The position numbers and the translations under genes are program-made. From assembly GCF_001194135.2 (NCBI RefSeq), contig NC_069000.1, positions 15,760,175-15,808,619 on the forward strand: 48,445 nucleotides of DNA, read 5' to 3'. The notes beneath the pieces were generated by a model. That model was given only the letters and a program-made list of their open reading frames with translations. It was not told the origin of the DNA and searched no databases. This DNA is from Octopus bimaculoides. Lineage: Eukaryota. Below, piece after piece: positions 25,555-35,803 of this stretch. Each line of letters begins with the position of its first letter. The first letter of the stretch is position 1.

Positions 25555-28500
25555 CATTGATGAGGGAAACAGAAGATGGATTTAGTACAAATCTTTATTC
25601 AGCACAATGATCATTTCAACCCATTCTGCAGCTGTCCCTTAGGGGTAGGATATTGTGCATCTAGTTGTGTTGCATCAATCAGTGCAGGATGTCACTTCAG
25701 GTGCTTGGTGTAAAGAAAGNNNNNNNNNNNNNNNNNNNNNNNNNNNNNNNNNNNNNNNNNNNNNNNNNNNNNNNNNNNNNNNNNNNNNNNNNNNNNNNNN
25801 NNNNNNNNNNNNNNNNNNNNNNNNNNNNNNNNNNNNNNNNNNNNNNNNNNNNNNNNNNNNNNNNNNNNNNNNNNNNNNNNNNNNNNNNNNNNNNNNNNNN
25901 NNNNNNNNNNNNNNNNNNNNNNNNNNNNNNNNNNNNNNNNNNNNNNNNNNNNNNNNNNNNNNNNNNNNNNNNNNNNNNNNNNNNNNNNNNNNAAATGACA
26001 TACTTCTGTGCAGTTTCCATCAACTATATTTTGACCTTTCAGTATATAGTTCAGCAGCCGTTATGCATCAACCTCTTTTTCAACTATAAATGCCAAGCTA
26101 TGTACATTGCTGGAAAATTGTATGCGTGAACAAATAAGCTAATGATAAACACACAACTTCTCTAGTTATATTTTAGAGATACATAAACTAAAATATACAT
26201 TCAATGGTAGATTTAAAAGGGTAAAGTAGAAAACTCAAAAAAAAAAAAATCCCAAAAAACCTTTAAAACGTTGAAAGTCAACACTGTTAAGATTTAATTG
26301 CAGGACTTTAAGACTACACCTTGTCAGTCTAGCCAAATTCTTCAGCCTAATCAAGTTCTCCAGTCTAAGTTATTCAGTTTAACAAGAATCTCTAACCTAA
26401 TTGAGCACTCCAAGCTGTCTAGTTTAAGTTCTAGCCTAACCATGTACACCAGCCTAAGTACTCCATTCTAAGTTCTACAGTTTAATCAAGCTGTTTAGTC
26501 TATGAGTTCTCTAGCCTAATCATCTGCACCAGCCTAAGTACTCCATTCTTACCAAATTCTCTACCCCAACCAGGCAGTTATAAATACAAGAAAATACATT
26601 ACTTACGCCAATAAACAAATTATCTCTCATGGCAGCAGGTAAAGGCTGCTGTGACATTTTCCTTCTGTTATCACCAGGATTAGTTGCAACCCCTTCATTG
26701 TTAGTAGTAGTGGTGGTGGTGGTGGTGGTGGTAGCAGTAGTAGTAGCTTCACTTCTTTCTCCAGTTATTTTCTCATCAAAGCCTGCTTGTTGACCACTTT
26801 TCTCAGATGGCATCTCTATTCGATTTAGGTTATCTTCAAGGTCATAACTCTGTGGAATTGGAGAGGAATATGAGTGAGCATGTGCTTAGAACTTTTCCAT
26901 TTCCTAAGTAGAAGTCTTCATTTTTTTTTTCCAACATTTACATCAGCACTACATTTTTCATTAGTTTGATCTCCAATCAAAATGTGATCTAGAAGTAAAT
27001 ATGAGACCCACAAAATTATAGTCTAATTAACAACAACCTAGCTGAAACAGTATGTCATGATGACACTGCTACAATTCTTATCAGATGTTGAGTGTTCAAG
27101 CAAATAATAAACCAGAAGAAAATTCCAAAGGAGTTACATTTTGTGGAGGAACGGTTAGATAAAGTAACTGATGCAGAGGCCTGGAGAAAGGGTAAAATAT
27201 GAGTAATGAGAGTAGGAAAGAAGCATGAGTTGGATGATTCTGTGTGACAATGATACAAGATCGACTAGATCCAAGGTACTGAGGCTATTGTAGTAGTGTT
27301 AGAAGCAGCATGGTGGAAGTGATTGCACATCTTAGCAATGGGGTTGATATAATTAACTAGCTTCCTACCCCCAAAATGTCAGGCCTTGTACCTGTATTAG
27401 AAAAGCTCGTTAATTATTGTCACAACAAATATCATTTACCTGGACTGTAGTATTTTTGTATGATGTTATAATTTGACCTTTTGGATTAACTTTTGGAGCT
27501 CCAGCACCAGGTCTGCCCCAGGGGTCATATGGAGTTATTTGTTCAGCTGAAAAATATTTAAGAAAATAGAAAACAAAATATTTAATCCTTTATCATTCAT
27601 ATTACTCTGTCAACCATAATATTTATTCATTTACACTGTTTTGAATGAATCAAGCATTACCTTGTGGCTTTGAGATTTTGAAGATATGATTATTTATTTT
27701 TACAGTAACATTGTATGGTAGGTATGAGAGGCCAGATTTGGCTGGTTTGAACATATAATTGGTAGAGCAAATAAGCATTAGATTAGAATAATTTGAATGT
27801 TAAAGGGTTAGAGAAGAACACATTGGACAGTGTGGTACTGGGTTCCCTGAACTTAAGAAAAAAATGGGATAGTCATGGTAGGAATGCCATTGATTGTAGA
27901 TCCGCTTCATCAAGACTGATTGAAGCTAACAACTACAACAACAAAAACTTCAATACTAGCAATGTAACAGAAGCTTGCAATAAGCACCAAAACACAACCA
28001 GTGGGTTTTGTGAAAATATCAATGAAAACGATGGAGTCTCTTTGTAGTTACTTGACTTGCTAGAAGTAGCAGTGAAATCTCTCTTGAATTTTACTTTACT
28101 GTCATAAAATAGTGAAGAGGAGTGGAGAGGAGTGGCTGTGTGGTAAGTAGCTTGCTTACCAGCCACATGGTTCCGGGTTCAGTCCCACTGCGTGGCATCT
28201 TGGGCAAGTGTCTTCTACTATAGCCTCGGGCCAACCAAAGCCTTGTGAGTGGATTTGGTAGACGGAAACTGAAAGAAGCCCGTCGTATATATGTATATAT
28301 ATATATATATATGTATGTGTGTATGTGTTTGTGTGTCTGTGTTTGTCCTCCCAACATCGCCTGACAACCAATGCTGGTGTGTTTATGTCCCCGTTACTTA
28401 GCGGTTCGGCAAAAGAGACCGATAGAATAAGTACTAGGCTTCCAAAGAATAAGTCCTGGGGTCGATTTGCTCGACTAAAGGCGGTGCTCCAGCATGACCA

Positions 28501-29283
28501 CAGTCAAAAGACTGAAACAAGTAAAAGAGTAAAAGAGTAAAAAGGGAGACATTTTGGATAATGATAACGTGGGCCAGATACATGTTTTCGTGTCGTGACC
28601 GCCTCTCAACTGGACGGGGCCAGTTTAAATGCTAAAGGGTTCAATTCCCCCATTAGGACTAATATACAAATAACAATACAAATCATTTTTATGCCTGATG
28701 TGTTCAGTAAGGAATAACAAAAGTTACTGTTAGGTGCAGATACTTATTTATGTTAACCCGACAACTACTATATGCTTGCAAAGCCTAGTAGAAATAGCAG
28801 CCAATCAGATCACAGTCTACCCATTTAAGAAAAGGAGAAGGACACATTGGGTTATGCAGTCCCTGATAAATACCACGTCTGAAAACAAGATGGGATAGAA
28901 CAGCTGCAATGCCAATTCTCTGATGAATCGGGATTAACTTAGGCTAAACAACAACCTAAATAATGAACTGAGTGTTAAAATATGTAATGAAAATAAAATA
29001 ACGTTTGGGGGTATTTTTTATTGTTTTTTTCATAAGTGTATTTTCACCATTTCATGTTATACAACATGCGCCACTTATATCTCCTATTTGTCTATCAGTC
29101 AAGCAAACAAAAGCGAACAGAGTTCCCTTGATACATGATGCAGCAGCCATGTTGCTTACTTGGGCAAGGTATATAACTATACTTTCTTCAGTCTGCCTGA
29201 TTGACAATGAGTTCCACTCCTATCACAGAGTTACACATTTAGCATTAGGAAATGTCTCCTGTTGCTACAGGAACAACAACAAT

Positions 29284-29333
<50 letters not shown>

Positions 29334-29334
29334 C

Positions 29335-29383
<49 letters not shown>

Positions 29384-32300
29384 TACACACATACATACAC
29401 AACAGGCTTCTTTCAGTTTCCGTCTACTAAATCCACTCACAAGGCTTTGGTATGCTATGTCTATAGTAAGTAGGAGACAATTTGCCCTAGGTGCCACACA
29501 ATATAAAAAGAGCACTACCTTTCTCTTTTAACCATTGCTGCTTCTTTCTTTCTGCAAGTGTTAACAGAACAGGTTTCTCTGCACATTGTGTAGACTGTTG
29601 ATCCTTATTTGGTTTTGCTAGAACTGGTTCACTTTTAACAAAGTTCTTTGGACTATAGTCTGGTCGGCTGAATTTCGCTTGCACTTCATGGTGAATATAC
29701 ATTTCTTTATTGGGGCTATAAAACAAAATTTACAGAGAATATACTGTTATTTAAGTGAAAACAATAAACTGATAATTAGCAACTAAGCACAGAGGGTTCT
29801 ACATCTTGACCCTTTAGTATTCAGATTTCCCTGTCAAATATAACACTTGTTTATTCACTTGTTTATTTACATTCTTTTGTATTAGTCATGCATTACCTTA
29901 TAGCTTTGAGATTTTTCTGTTCCAGTGGTTTTCAAACTGTGGTCCGTGAACAGCAAATACTTTTTATGGGCAATTTGATTTTATTTATGGTTTTTAATCG
30001 AAATCTTTTAATTGACAATAAACCTATTTGTTAAATACTGTTAAATAAACAAATGTAAAAATATATGTTATTTTAAGCAAATATTTATGTATAAATTTCA
30101 TAAGCGTTTATAAGGTAAAGCCTGAAATATAAAGGGGTCCGCAAGTCAAAAAGATTGAAAACCCCTGTTCTGATCTGATTGTTTATTTCTAGAATAATTT
30201 AGCAGAGTAAGTGTGAGAGTTCAAATATGACCAGTTTGAAAATAAAACAGTGTGGAAGAAGGATGAGTAACCGGAAGGGAGAGGAAGTGATGTCATGTCA
30301 AGAGACCAGAAGGGAGAGGAAATAACATCATGTCACGAAGCAGTGGGTTCAAACAGCCTCTTCCTTATGGATGTGTTGCAAGCAGCTGATGTGTGTTGGG
30401 AGCAATCATAGGGTTGTAGTCCTTTATGGTCTGAGGTTGGGTAGAGCATATGCGTGGATACAACTGTGAGGTTTTGCTGGGTTCCCATAATCTGATGCTT
30501 GAAGGTACTGTTGCTGATTGCATCACAAGGTAAGAGCAACCTTTGTGCCTCAGGTAGAATATTTTAGCTGGATATAGCCAGTTTTAATGTTAAAGAATTA
30601 AAGGATTCTCCGAGACTGGTAGGTGACAACAACTATGTTCTGCTTCATGGTTTGGCTTTTGGACTCTTCACGCTTTCTTCTACACATCACTGCCCTATGT
30701 ACCATCATCTCCAATAAAACCCACACCCACTCCTCCTTCATCTTTTACACTTAAGTATCATCCACATATGTCCTAGATGCCTCATGCCAAATCTACAGAG
30801 ATATTGAAAGCATCCTGCAATGAACCAAACCAATCTTATCTCATTCATCACCACAAAAAAAAAAGAATAAATAATGGACTGCCCCAGTCCATTAACCCTT
30901 TTGAGACACATGGTGTTTTGGTATGTGCAGCCAAAAAGGCCAAAATTTTTTTTCTATTGAGATACAGCTGCTGAAAGATGATCTCTGATTAGCTATTACA
31001 CTTCAAAACCAACCATTCACAACATTTGTTCCATCAAAGGCGGTGAGCTGGCAGAAACGTTAGTACACTGGGCGAAATGCTTAGCGATATTTTGTCTGCC
31101 GTTACATTCTGAGTTCAAATTCTGCCACGGTCGACTTTGCTTTTCATCACTTCGGGGTCAATTAAATAAGTACCAGTTACGCACTGGAGTCGATATAATC
31201 GACTTAATTCGTTTGTCTGTCCTTGTTTGTCCCCTCTGTGTGTAGCCCCTTGTGGGCATAAAGAAATAAGAAATGTTAGTACACCAGGCGAAATGCTCCC
31301 TTCTGAGATTACTTTAATTTTCAACAGAAACCGACAATTCTTTCCCTCCAGTCATGACAGTTGCAGGTGGAGGAGTAAGATATTTTGTGATTTGTTCAAT
31401 CTTAATAAATACCTTTGCTTTTGTTGATCAGTTTTGCTTGGCTTCTTGGAGATTTCATCCGTACTACCTGGAAATACAAATACATATAATCCATAAACCA
31501 CTAGATCAGATATCAAAGCAACTGATGGTTGAGAGACTGAATGTTCTAATTAAATATAATGATGTCAATGGCTTAATGTGTATCATTTGAATAACACACA
31601 ATTGTTAAACTGTAAAGTCATGGATGATTAACTAATCTATCAGATTCAGTCAAAAGATCCTTGTATTTCAAGATTTAATAGCTCAAACAAATTACAGTTA
31701 AAAAGCATTTGTTCATCAAAATATATCCCATCATATTCTTATCTGTTACTCTTGTAGTGTTACGCTTAAACCATTTGGCTGGTTTAGAGCCAAAAAAACT
31801 CCCAGCACCTGTTTTCAGCCTCATCCACATTTTTGAACCTCCATCCATGCAGGAAATGAGCCATAACTCAGAAAAGGTGGCAATATAATGTTGCAAAGCC
31901 TAGACTGTAGACAGGGCAAGGCAGCTCTTCAAGCCCAGCAAATTGCTCAAGTTTGCACTTGGTCACATTGGCAGTGTGTGCTGGGACATTGTCATGCTGT
32001 AGGAATGCACATCTTTGACTGACCAATGCCAAGTAGTGGGCTTTCAAAGCATTATATACTTGCTGCAGTTGTTGAGCATAAAGGTTAGCATTCACAACAT
32101 GGTCATAGAGCACAATCTTAAAGTGCAACAACCCAACGAAATTTCATCAAACACTCATCATGACCTTCTGTTCAAATCAACCTTGTTTGATAATAGCTTC
32201 TGAAGTCAGGCCAGGATGAAGCTACTGATTTTTTATTAGGATTATGAAAATAGTTCCATTTTTCATCCCCCCAAAACAGGCATCTCGAGGATTTGCCAAC

Positions 32301-32583
32301 AGTCGTTTGCAAATATTCACATATTGTTGAACCTGGTCATTGGTCAGTTCATGAGGAGCTTCTCAACAGCATCTGTTCACAAGGATGAGCTTATGGAGGT
32401 GTTGATTGATGGTGCTTTATGAAGGACCAAGTTCTGCTGATGTGTGAATGTTTGTGCTTGGCTGTGGTTCAACAATTTCAACTTCCACAACAGAAGGTCT
32501 CCCAGTGCAAACAATTAATGCTTATATGTTATATAAGAAAATAAATAATAAACATCACACACCCACACACACACACACAGAGG

Positions 32584-32620
<37 letters not shown>

Positions 32621-35600
32621 TCATATACAACAGACTTCCACACATTTTACATCTTCCAAATTCATTCGCAAGACACTGGTCATCCCAGGGCTATAGTTAG
32701 ACACTTAGACACTTAGTCAAGGTGCTGTGCAGTGGAACTGAACCCAAAACTACATGGTTGCAAGTAAACTACTTAACCACACAGCCATGCCTATTCCACA
32801 AAAGAGTGGCTGTTTCCCAAGCAAGGTAATATTTTCCCCAAAGCTAGATACATATTTTCAGAGAAGGCTGGAAATGAACAATATCACTTGTATGATGATG
32901 GTGCTCATTTAGAGGGATCCTGGGCGGTGGAGACACACGACCAGCCATCGCCAAGGAGAAAAGACCACCATGGTAACCCTAGCATGGCTACTTTTTAATA
33001 TCTGAAACCAGTTTCAAAAATATAAAAGAAAGACAATGGAGATGAAAATGCAGAAAATTCAAAAACTTACGGGGTAAATTTTGCGACTGGTTATTTTTGG
33101 GTACAACTGTAGAAGAAGGTATTTTCCCTACTGATTTCAATATTTCTTTCAACTGGGACTGACTCACAATAATAGATTCAGCATATGGATGTTCACTTTT
33201 CAAATTTCCATTACTACTCTTCTGAGAATGATTTTTCTTCCTGTTAAATTGATTTGATTTTATTAATATCTAAGCATATGACATGATTTGTTGTTACTAT
33301 AAGATTCTGAATTATTAAGTGTCGTGTATTGAACTCTTAATGAATATATAACAAATGCGGTATTTTTCATTTAAATAATTAAAAACATCAGTTACATGGC
33401 ATGTATAAGTTTTATGTGGAGTCTTCTTTTTTTTTTTTCTTATATATATTCTGATTAAGATAAATGGGCACACACAGTTGATCCCATTGCTACAGGATCA
33501 TGGTTGATGTTGTTACACCTCATACATTCTGCTGTTGGTTGTGCTTCTGCTACAGTGAGATAGAAATTGGTAGTTTACGTCTATTTAATTTTTGTTCCTA
33601 TACCTTGCTTATGAAATAAGCAAATTACAAAACTTGGCATTAAGCTCATCTTGAAAGATGAAATATTTTTTTCGATATTTACATCTTTATGTTATGATCA
33701 TCAGTTACACCTGGTCGATAAGAATGTCTGGAAAAGATCTAAGCTAGAACTAAGATAGTTTTAATTTATTTCAACCAACAGCATATGTCTAAATACAACA
33801 TGCATATTAAAATAGAAAACAGCAAACAACCTGATTGAATATGCAGTGGTGATATGAATAACAGAATTATGATGACATTACAATGGAAAAGGAGAGGAGT
33901 CATACAGACTCTTAGAGCCAGTTTCCCAGCTTCTGTAACATATCTATTCACCACCTTGAGGGGACGCCAGTCTGTTACAAGATTACTCATTTTTACCAGC
34001 TAAGTGGACTGGAGCAATGTGAAATGAAGTGTTTTGCTCAAGAACACGTGTCACCCAGTCCAGGAATTGAAACCACAATCATGAGTCCAACACCCTAATC
34101 ACTTAGCCACATGCTGCGACTGTTATTGTTGTTGGCACTCCATCGCTTACGATGTCGAGGGTTCCAGTTGATCCGATCAACGGAACAGTCTGCTCGTGAA
34201 ATTAACGTGCAAGTGGCTGAGCACTCCACAGACACGTGTACCCTTAACGTAGTTCTCGGGGATATTCAGCGTGACACAGTGTAACAAGGCTGACCCTTTG
34301 AATTACAGGCACAACAGAAACAGGAAGTAAGAGTGAGAGAAAGTTGGGGTGGAAGAGTACAGCAGGGTTCGCCACCATCCCCTGCCAGAGCCTCGTGGAG
34401 CTTTAGGTGTTTTCACTCAATAAACACTCACAACGCCTGGTCTGGGAATCGAAACCGCGGTCCTATGACCGCGAGTCCGCTGCCCTAACCACTGGGCCAT
34501 TGCACCTCCACTCGTGCTGCGGCTAATCCAATGGAATAATACAGTATTAAAATAAGACACTAAAGTATGCAATAATTTTCTTAATGTCTTTTCCCTTGGT
34601 TTATATCTAAACCAAGGGAAACATTTGTCAATGATTTGACAGGAAGCAGAAATGAAAAAGTCACCCCTACTTCTGAACAGTTTTTTGGGTGTTCGCTTGA
34701 TTGGCAAGTGATTGAAGCCTCTTCTTGTTATCTTTCATCGGTTGGTTAGCTACAACAGTCATTGCAGAATGTGAGTTTTGCTTGTGGTTTAGTGGCATAG
34801 AGTTAATCTGAAGAGAAAAGAGAAAGCAACCATTGAAATTAACTACCAGATACAGTATAAGTTTTTGATAGTTGACAGCCTCCTAGGAGTTGCTATGTAT
34901 TATTAACCCTTTAGTGTTCAGATTATTCTATCAAACATAATGCTTATTGATTCACATTGATCTGAATTAATCATGAATTATCTCATATCTTCAAGATCTT
35001 GATAGTGTAATTACTTAATGTAGAATAACATTGTAGGGTAGGTATGAAAGCCTGGATCAGTTTGAACATAAAACAGATTAAATATTTTGGCCCGATATGG
35101 CCAGTTTAAATACTAAAGCTTAATAACAACTCCCACCTCTCTCTCTCTCTCAAGCCTGTAACCATTAGCACACATAAGCTAATGTCTTTTAAATGCCTAA
35201 CCACTCTTCCAGTCACAAGTAAACTACTTTCTGCTTTTACATTTTTATATGCCTATATTTATGGCCTCCACAGGAATTTCAAATTAATTCCCCACAATTT
35301 TTTTTCTAGCTCAGGAAATAATATTTCCAAAACAAATATGCAAATGCAAGGCGGTAAAATATAAACGTAAAACTTAACAAATCTTACTGTCTTTCCAAAA
35401 TAGTGCTTGATTTTCAATATAAATTCCTTGACTTCAACTGAGACACATCTATAAACTATAAAAATATAAGAAATGCCTTGTAAAAATCATTCATTAACAT
35501 TTCATAAGTATAATACAATAAATGATGGACAGTAGGATGTAAATTGTATCAAATGGTTTCTGTCTATCAGTGTTGCCTTACTGGCACTTGTGCTGGTGGC

Positions 35601-35803
35601 ACGTGAAAAGTGGTGGTGTGAGACAACACAGACACAAAGACACACACACATACACAAACAAACAAAAATCAAAAGTAAGTAACTCTGCTGCTATCTATGT
35701 TTCTATAGTCTTTTTCAATGGTTATTGATTTATTGTGATTCTATTTTTACCAGTTCATACAAAAATTCAAAATTAGATTTCAGTTCAAGTAGAACTGACA
35801 GAT
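5985..35803 (-). CDS. CCDC66: CCDC66-like coiled-coil protein gene, 17 in-phase coding exons (5' and 3' ends unresolved)
   Basis: Manually chained AG/GT-bounded exons have matching phases throughout (2888 nt). Motifs match CCDC66 as I recall it: [32 protein letters not shown]...[34 protein letters not shown] and [13 protein letters not shown]. Identity is from memory, not from a database search. Confidence 0.85.
6981..7401 (-). mobile_element. SINE family A copy
   Basis: Reverse complement of the 28129-28543 element. Confidence 0.88.
8302..8622. repeat. Perfect palindrome, 160-bp arms, 1-nt spacer at 8462
   Basis: AGCAATGAG...TGTCACA A TGTGACA...CTCATTGCT. Even the (TC)10 tract is mirrored exactly. 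Confidence 0.9.
10280..10726 (-). CDS. CCDC66: CCDC66-like exon ([10 protein letters not shown]...PPSPRVSRL...QNTKT), phase 1 to 1
   Basis: Acceptor ttttaatttag. Donor ACGA|gtaaga is followed by T-rich intron-like sequence and fits the phase of the next exon. Lies within ORF 10224..10829. Confidence 0.75.
11138..11371 (-). CDS. CCDC66: CCDC66-like exon ([31 protein letters not shown]...QSIT), phase 1 to 1
   Basis: Acceptor tatgattag, donor CTG|gtatgt. Overlaps ORF 11031..11342. Confidence 0.78.
13584..13751 (-). CDS. CCDC66: CCDC66-like duplicated exon copy B ([12 protein letters not shown]...[11 protein letters not shown]), phase 1 to 1
   Basis: Acceptor taatctttacttatag, donor CAG|gtaagg, open 168 nt. 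Paralogous to 15726-15896. Confidence 0.82.
13770..13877. repeat. (AAT)n microsatellite
   Basis: Visible directly. Confidence 0.95.
14016..15329. mobile_element. Long inverted-repeat (foldback-like) element with a gap in the centre
   Basis: 14016-14198 and 15147-15329 are reverse complements, with 3 mismatches in 183 bp by eye. No clear TSD. Confidence 0.5.
15726..15896 (-). CDS. CCDC66: CCDC66-like duplicated exon copy A ([12 protein letters not shown]...[11 protein letters not shown]), phase 1 to 1
   Basis: Acceptor taatcttgacttatag, donor CTG|gtaaga, open 171 nt. Confidence 0.82.
15995..16206 (-). mobile_element. SINE family E (copies at about 10818-11012, 13890-13990, 20905-21125, 21700-21860, 24682-24830, 31037-31268, 39246-39555)
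   Basis: Shared GAGCTGGCAGAA...GAGTTCAAAT...GCCTTTCATCCTTTCGGGGT.GATAAA..AAGTACCAGT core in both orientations. Confidence 0.8.
16945..17089 (-). CDS. CCDC66: CCDC66-like exon ([10 protein letters not shown]...[21 protein letters not shown]), phase 0 to 1
   Basis: Acceptor tttttctgttgtag, donor GAGA|gttagt. Carries the GHDT motif. Confidence 0.88.
17415..17682 (-). mobile_element. tRNA-derived SINE family C (related copies at about 33880-34110 and 24330-24472)
   Basis: Head GTGGAGGTGTGTGGCTTAGTGGTTAGGG...GGTTTCGATTCC. Central GTCCACTCAGCTGGCAAAAATGAGTA resembles the Meta-type SINE domain (inference). Confidence 0.75.
18188..18652. mobile_element. Tc1/mariner-like MITE (~460 bp)
   Basis: TA|CACTGTGTAAC end, long imperfect TIR with TGTTATTTCCTATTT. 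An inverted homologue lies at 22547-23001. Confidence 0.7.
18871..19300 (-). mobile_element. SINE family A copy, 5' end lost at the B box
   Basis: High similarity to 28129-28543. Ends about 30 nt from the donor at 19331. Confidence 0.88.
19332..19493 (-). CDS. CCDC66: CCDC66-like exon ([18 protein letters not shown]...QLEKKKK), phase 0 to 0
   Basis: Acceptor ttgatgtcag, donor AAG|gtgagt. E/K/Q-rich coiled coil. Confidence 0.9.
20014..20398 (-). mobile_element. tRNA-derived SINE family B with 12-bp target-site duplication
   Basis: Head GGAGGCGCAGTGGCCCAGTGGTTAGGGC...GGTTTCGATTCC, (CAA)n tail. TCATAAACTCAG at 20002-20013 and 20399-20410. Confidence 0.9.
22547..23001. mobile_element. Second copy of the same MITE, opposite orientation
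   Basis: ORF-track peptides 18352..18555 (-) and 22645..22935 (+) align, showing shared non-coding homology. Confidence 0.7.
23007..23236. mobile_element. Tigger/pogo-like MITE spanning a gap
   Basis: TA|CAGTAGTACCTCGG ... CTGAAGTACTACTG|TA. Confidence 0.75.
23482..23572 (-). CDS. CCDC66: CCDC66-like exon ([30 protein letters not shown]), phase 2 to 0
   Basis: Acceptor tcttcttgcag, donor ATG|gtaatt. Start of the conserved coiled-coil region. Confidence 0.85.
23641..24200 (+). mobile_element. Diverged SINE family A copy (others at about 36753-37150, 41440-41690, 47060-47290, 21350-21490, 32600-32790)
   Basis: Same head, microsatellite and tail with many substitutions. Boundaries approximate. 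Confidence 0.75.
24491..24599 (-). CDS. CCDC66: CCDC66-like exon ([12 protein letters not shown]...SSRIHK), phase 1 to 2
   Basis: Acceptor tctatacag, donor AA|gtatag. Phases fit both neighbours. Confidence 0.72.
25010..25076 (-). CDS. CCDC66: CCDC66-like exon ([22 protein letters not shown]), phase 0 to 1
   Basis: Acceptor tttaatacag, donor TAG|gtgaat. Confidence 0.75.
26320..26560. repeat. Degenerate minisatellite (AGCCTAA..AAGTTCTC-like unit)
   Basis: Includes a ~43-bp near-duplicate ending CACCAGCCTAAGTACTCCATTCT. Confidence 0.65.
26607..26849 (-). CDS. CCDC66: CCDC66-like exon ([17 protein letters not shown]...poly-Thr...DNLFIG), phase 0 to 0
   Basis: Acceptor ttccacag, donor GGC|gtaagt. 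Overlaps ORF 26520..26813. Confidence 0.8.
27440..27546 (-). CDS. CCDC66: CCDC66-like exon ([24 protein letters not shown]...TVQ), phase 1 to 0
   Basis: Acceptor atttttcag, donor CAG|gtaaat. Carries the [11 protein letters not shown] motif. Confidence 0.88.
28129..28543 (+). mobile_element. tRNA-derived SINE family A, near full length
   Basis: A box TGGCTGTGTGG, B box GGTTCAGTCC, internal TA/TG microsatellite, (GTAAAAGA)n tail. Many copies in the window. Confidence 0.9.
29272..29382. repeat. Intronic (CAG)n(CAA)n trinucleotide tract
   Basis: Visible directly; abuts a SINE A fragment. Confidence 0.92.
29519..29715 (-). CDS. CCDC66: CCDC66-like exon (PNKEMYIHH...[15 protein letters not shown]), phase 2 to 1
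   Basis: Acceptor ttttgttttatag, donor AAG|gtagtg. Overlaps ORF 29487..29726. Confidence 0.8.
29923..30167. mobile_element. hAT-type MITE
   Basis: TIRs CAGTGGTTTTCAAAC / GATTGAAAACCCCTG; 8-bp TSD TTCTGTTC / TTCTGATC. Confidence 0.8.
31413..31467 (-). CDS. CCDC66: CCDC66-like exon ([19 protein letters not shown]), phase 1 to 2
   Basis: Acceptor gtatttccag, donor AG|gtattt. Supplies exactly the phase bridge needed. Confidence 0.7.
31690..32440 (-). mobile_element. Degenerate mariner (DD34D-type) transposase remnant
   Basis: Broken frames give [29 protein letters not shown] and [18 protein letters not shown] (canonical PHPPYSPDLAPSDYHLF). Boundaries approximate. Confidence 0.85.
33071..33240 (-). 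CDS. CCDC66: CCDC66-like exon (KKNHSQ...[16 protein letters not shown]...NLP), phase 2 to 1
   Basis: Acceptor tttaacag, donor C|gtaagt. Overlaps ORF 32988..33203. Confidence 0.8.
34122..34512 (-). mobile_element. SINE family B copy
   Basis: Near-identical to 20014-20398. Imperfect 12-bp flanking duplication CATGCTGCGACT/CGTGCTGCGGCT. Confidence 0.88.
34671..34807 (-). CDS. CCDC66: CCDC66-like exon ([10 protein letters not shown]...TQKTVQK), phase 0 to 2
   Basis: Acceptor ctttctcttttctcttcag, donor AA|gtaggg, open 137 nt. Confidence 0.7.
34907..35119. mobile_element. TTAA-flanked piggyBac-like MITE (copies at 27586-27807 and, interrupted, 29810-30597)
   Basis: Ends TTAA|CCCTTTAG ... CTAAAG(GG)|TTAA with a shared ~220-bp body. 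Confidence 0.6.
35751..35803 (-). CDS. CCDC66: CCDC66-like exon ([18 protein letters not shown]), phase 1 to 0
   Basis: Long pyrimidine tract ending tttag, donor CTG|gtaaaa. Only one frame is open and it fits the next exon. Confidence 0.55.

Noticed and set aside
29005-29515. Poly-S/N, poly-A/T and poly-C ORFs
   Set aside because: Frames of the intronic (CAG)n(CAA)n tract.
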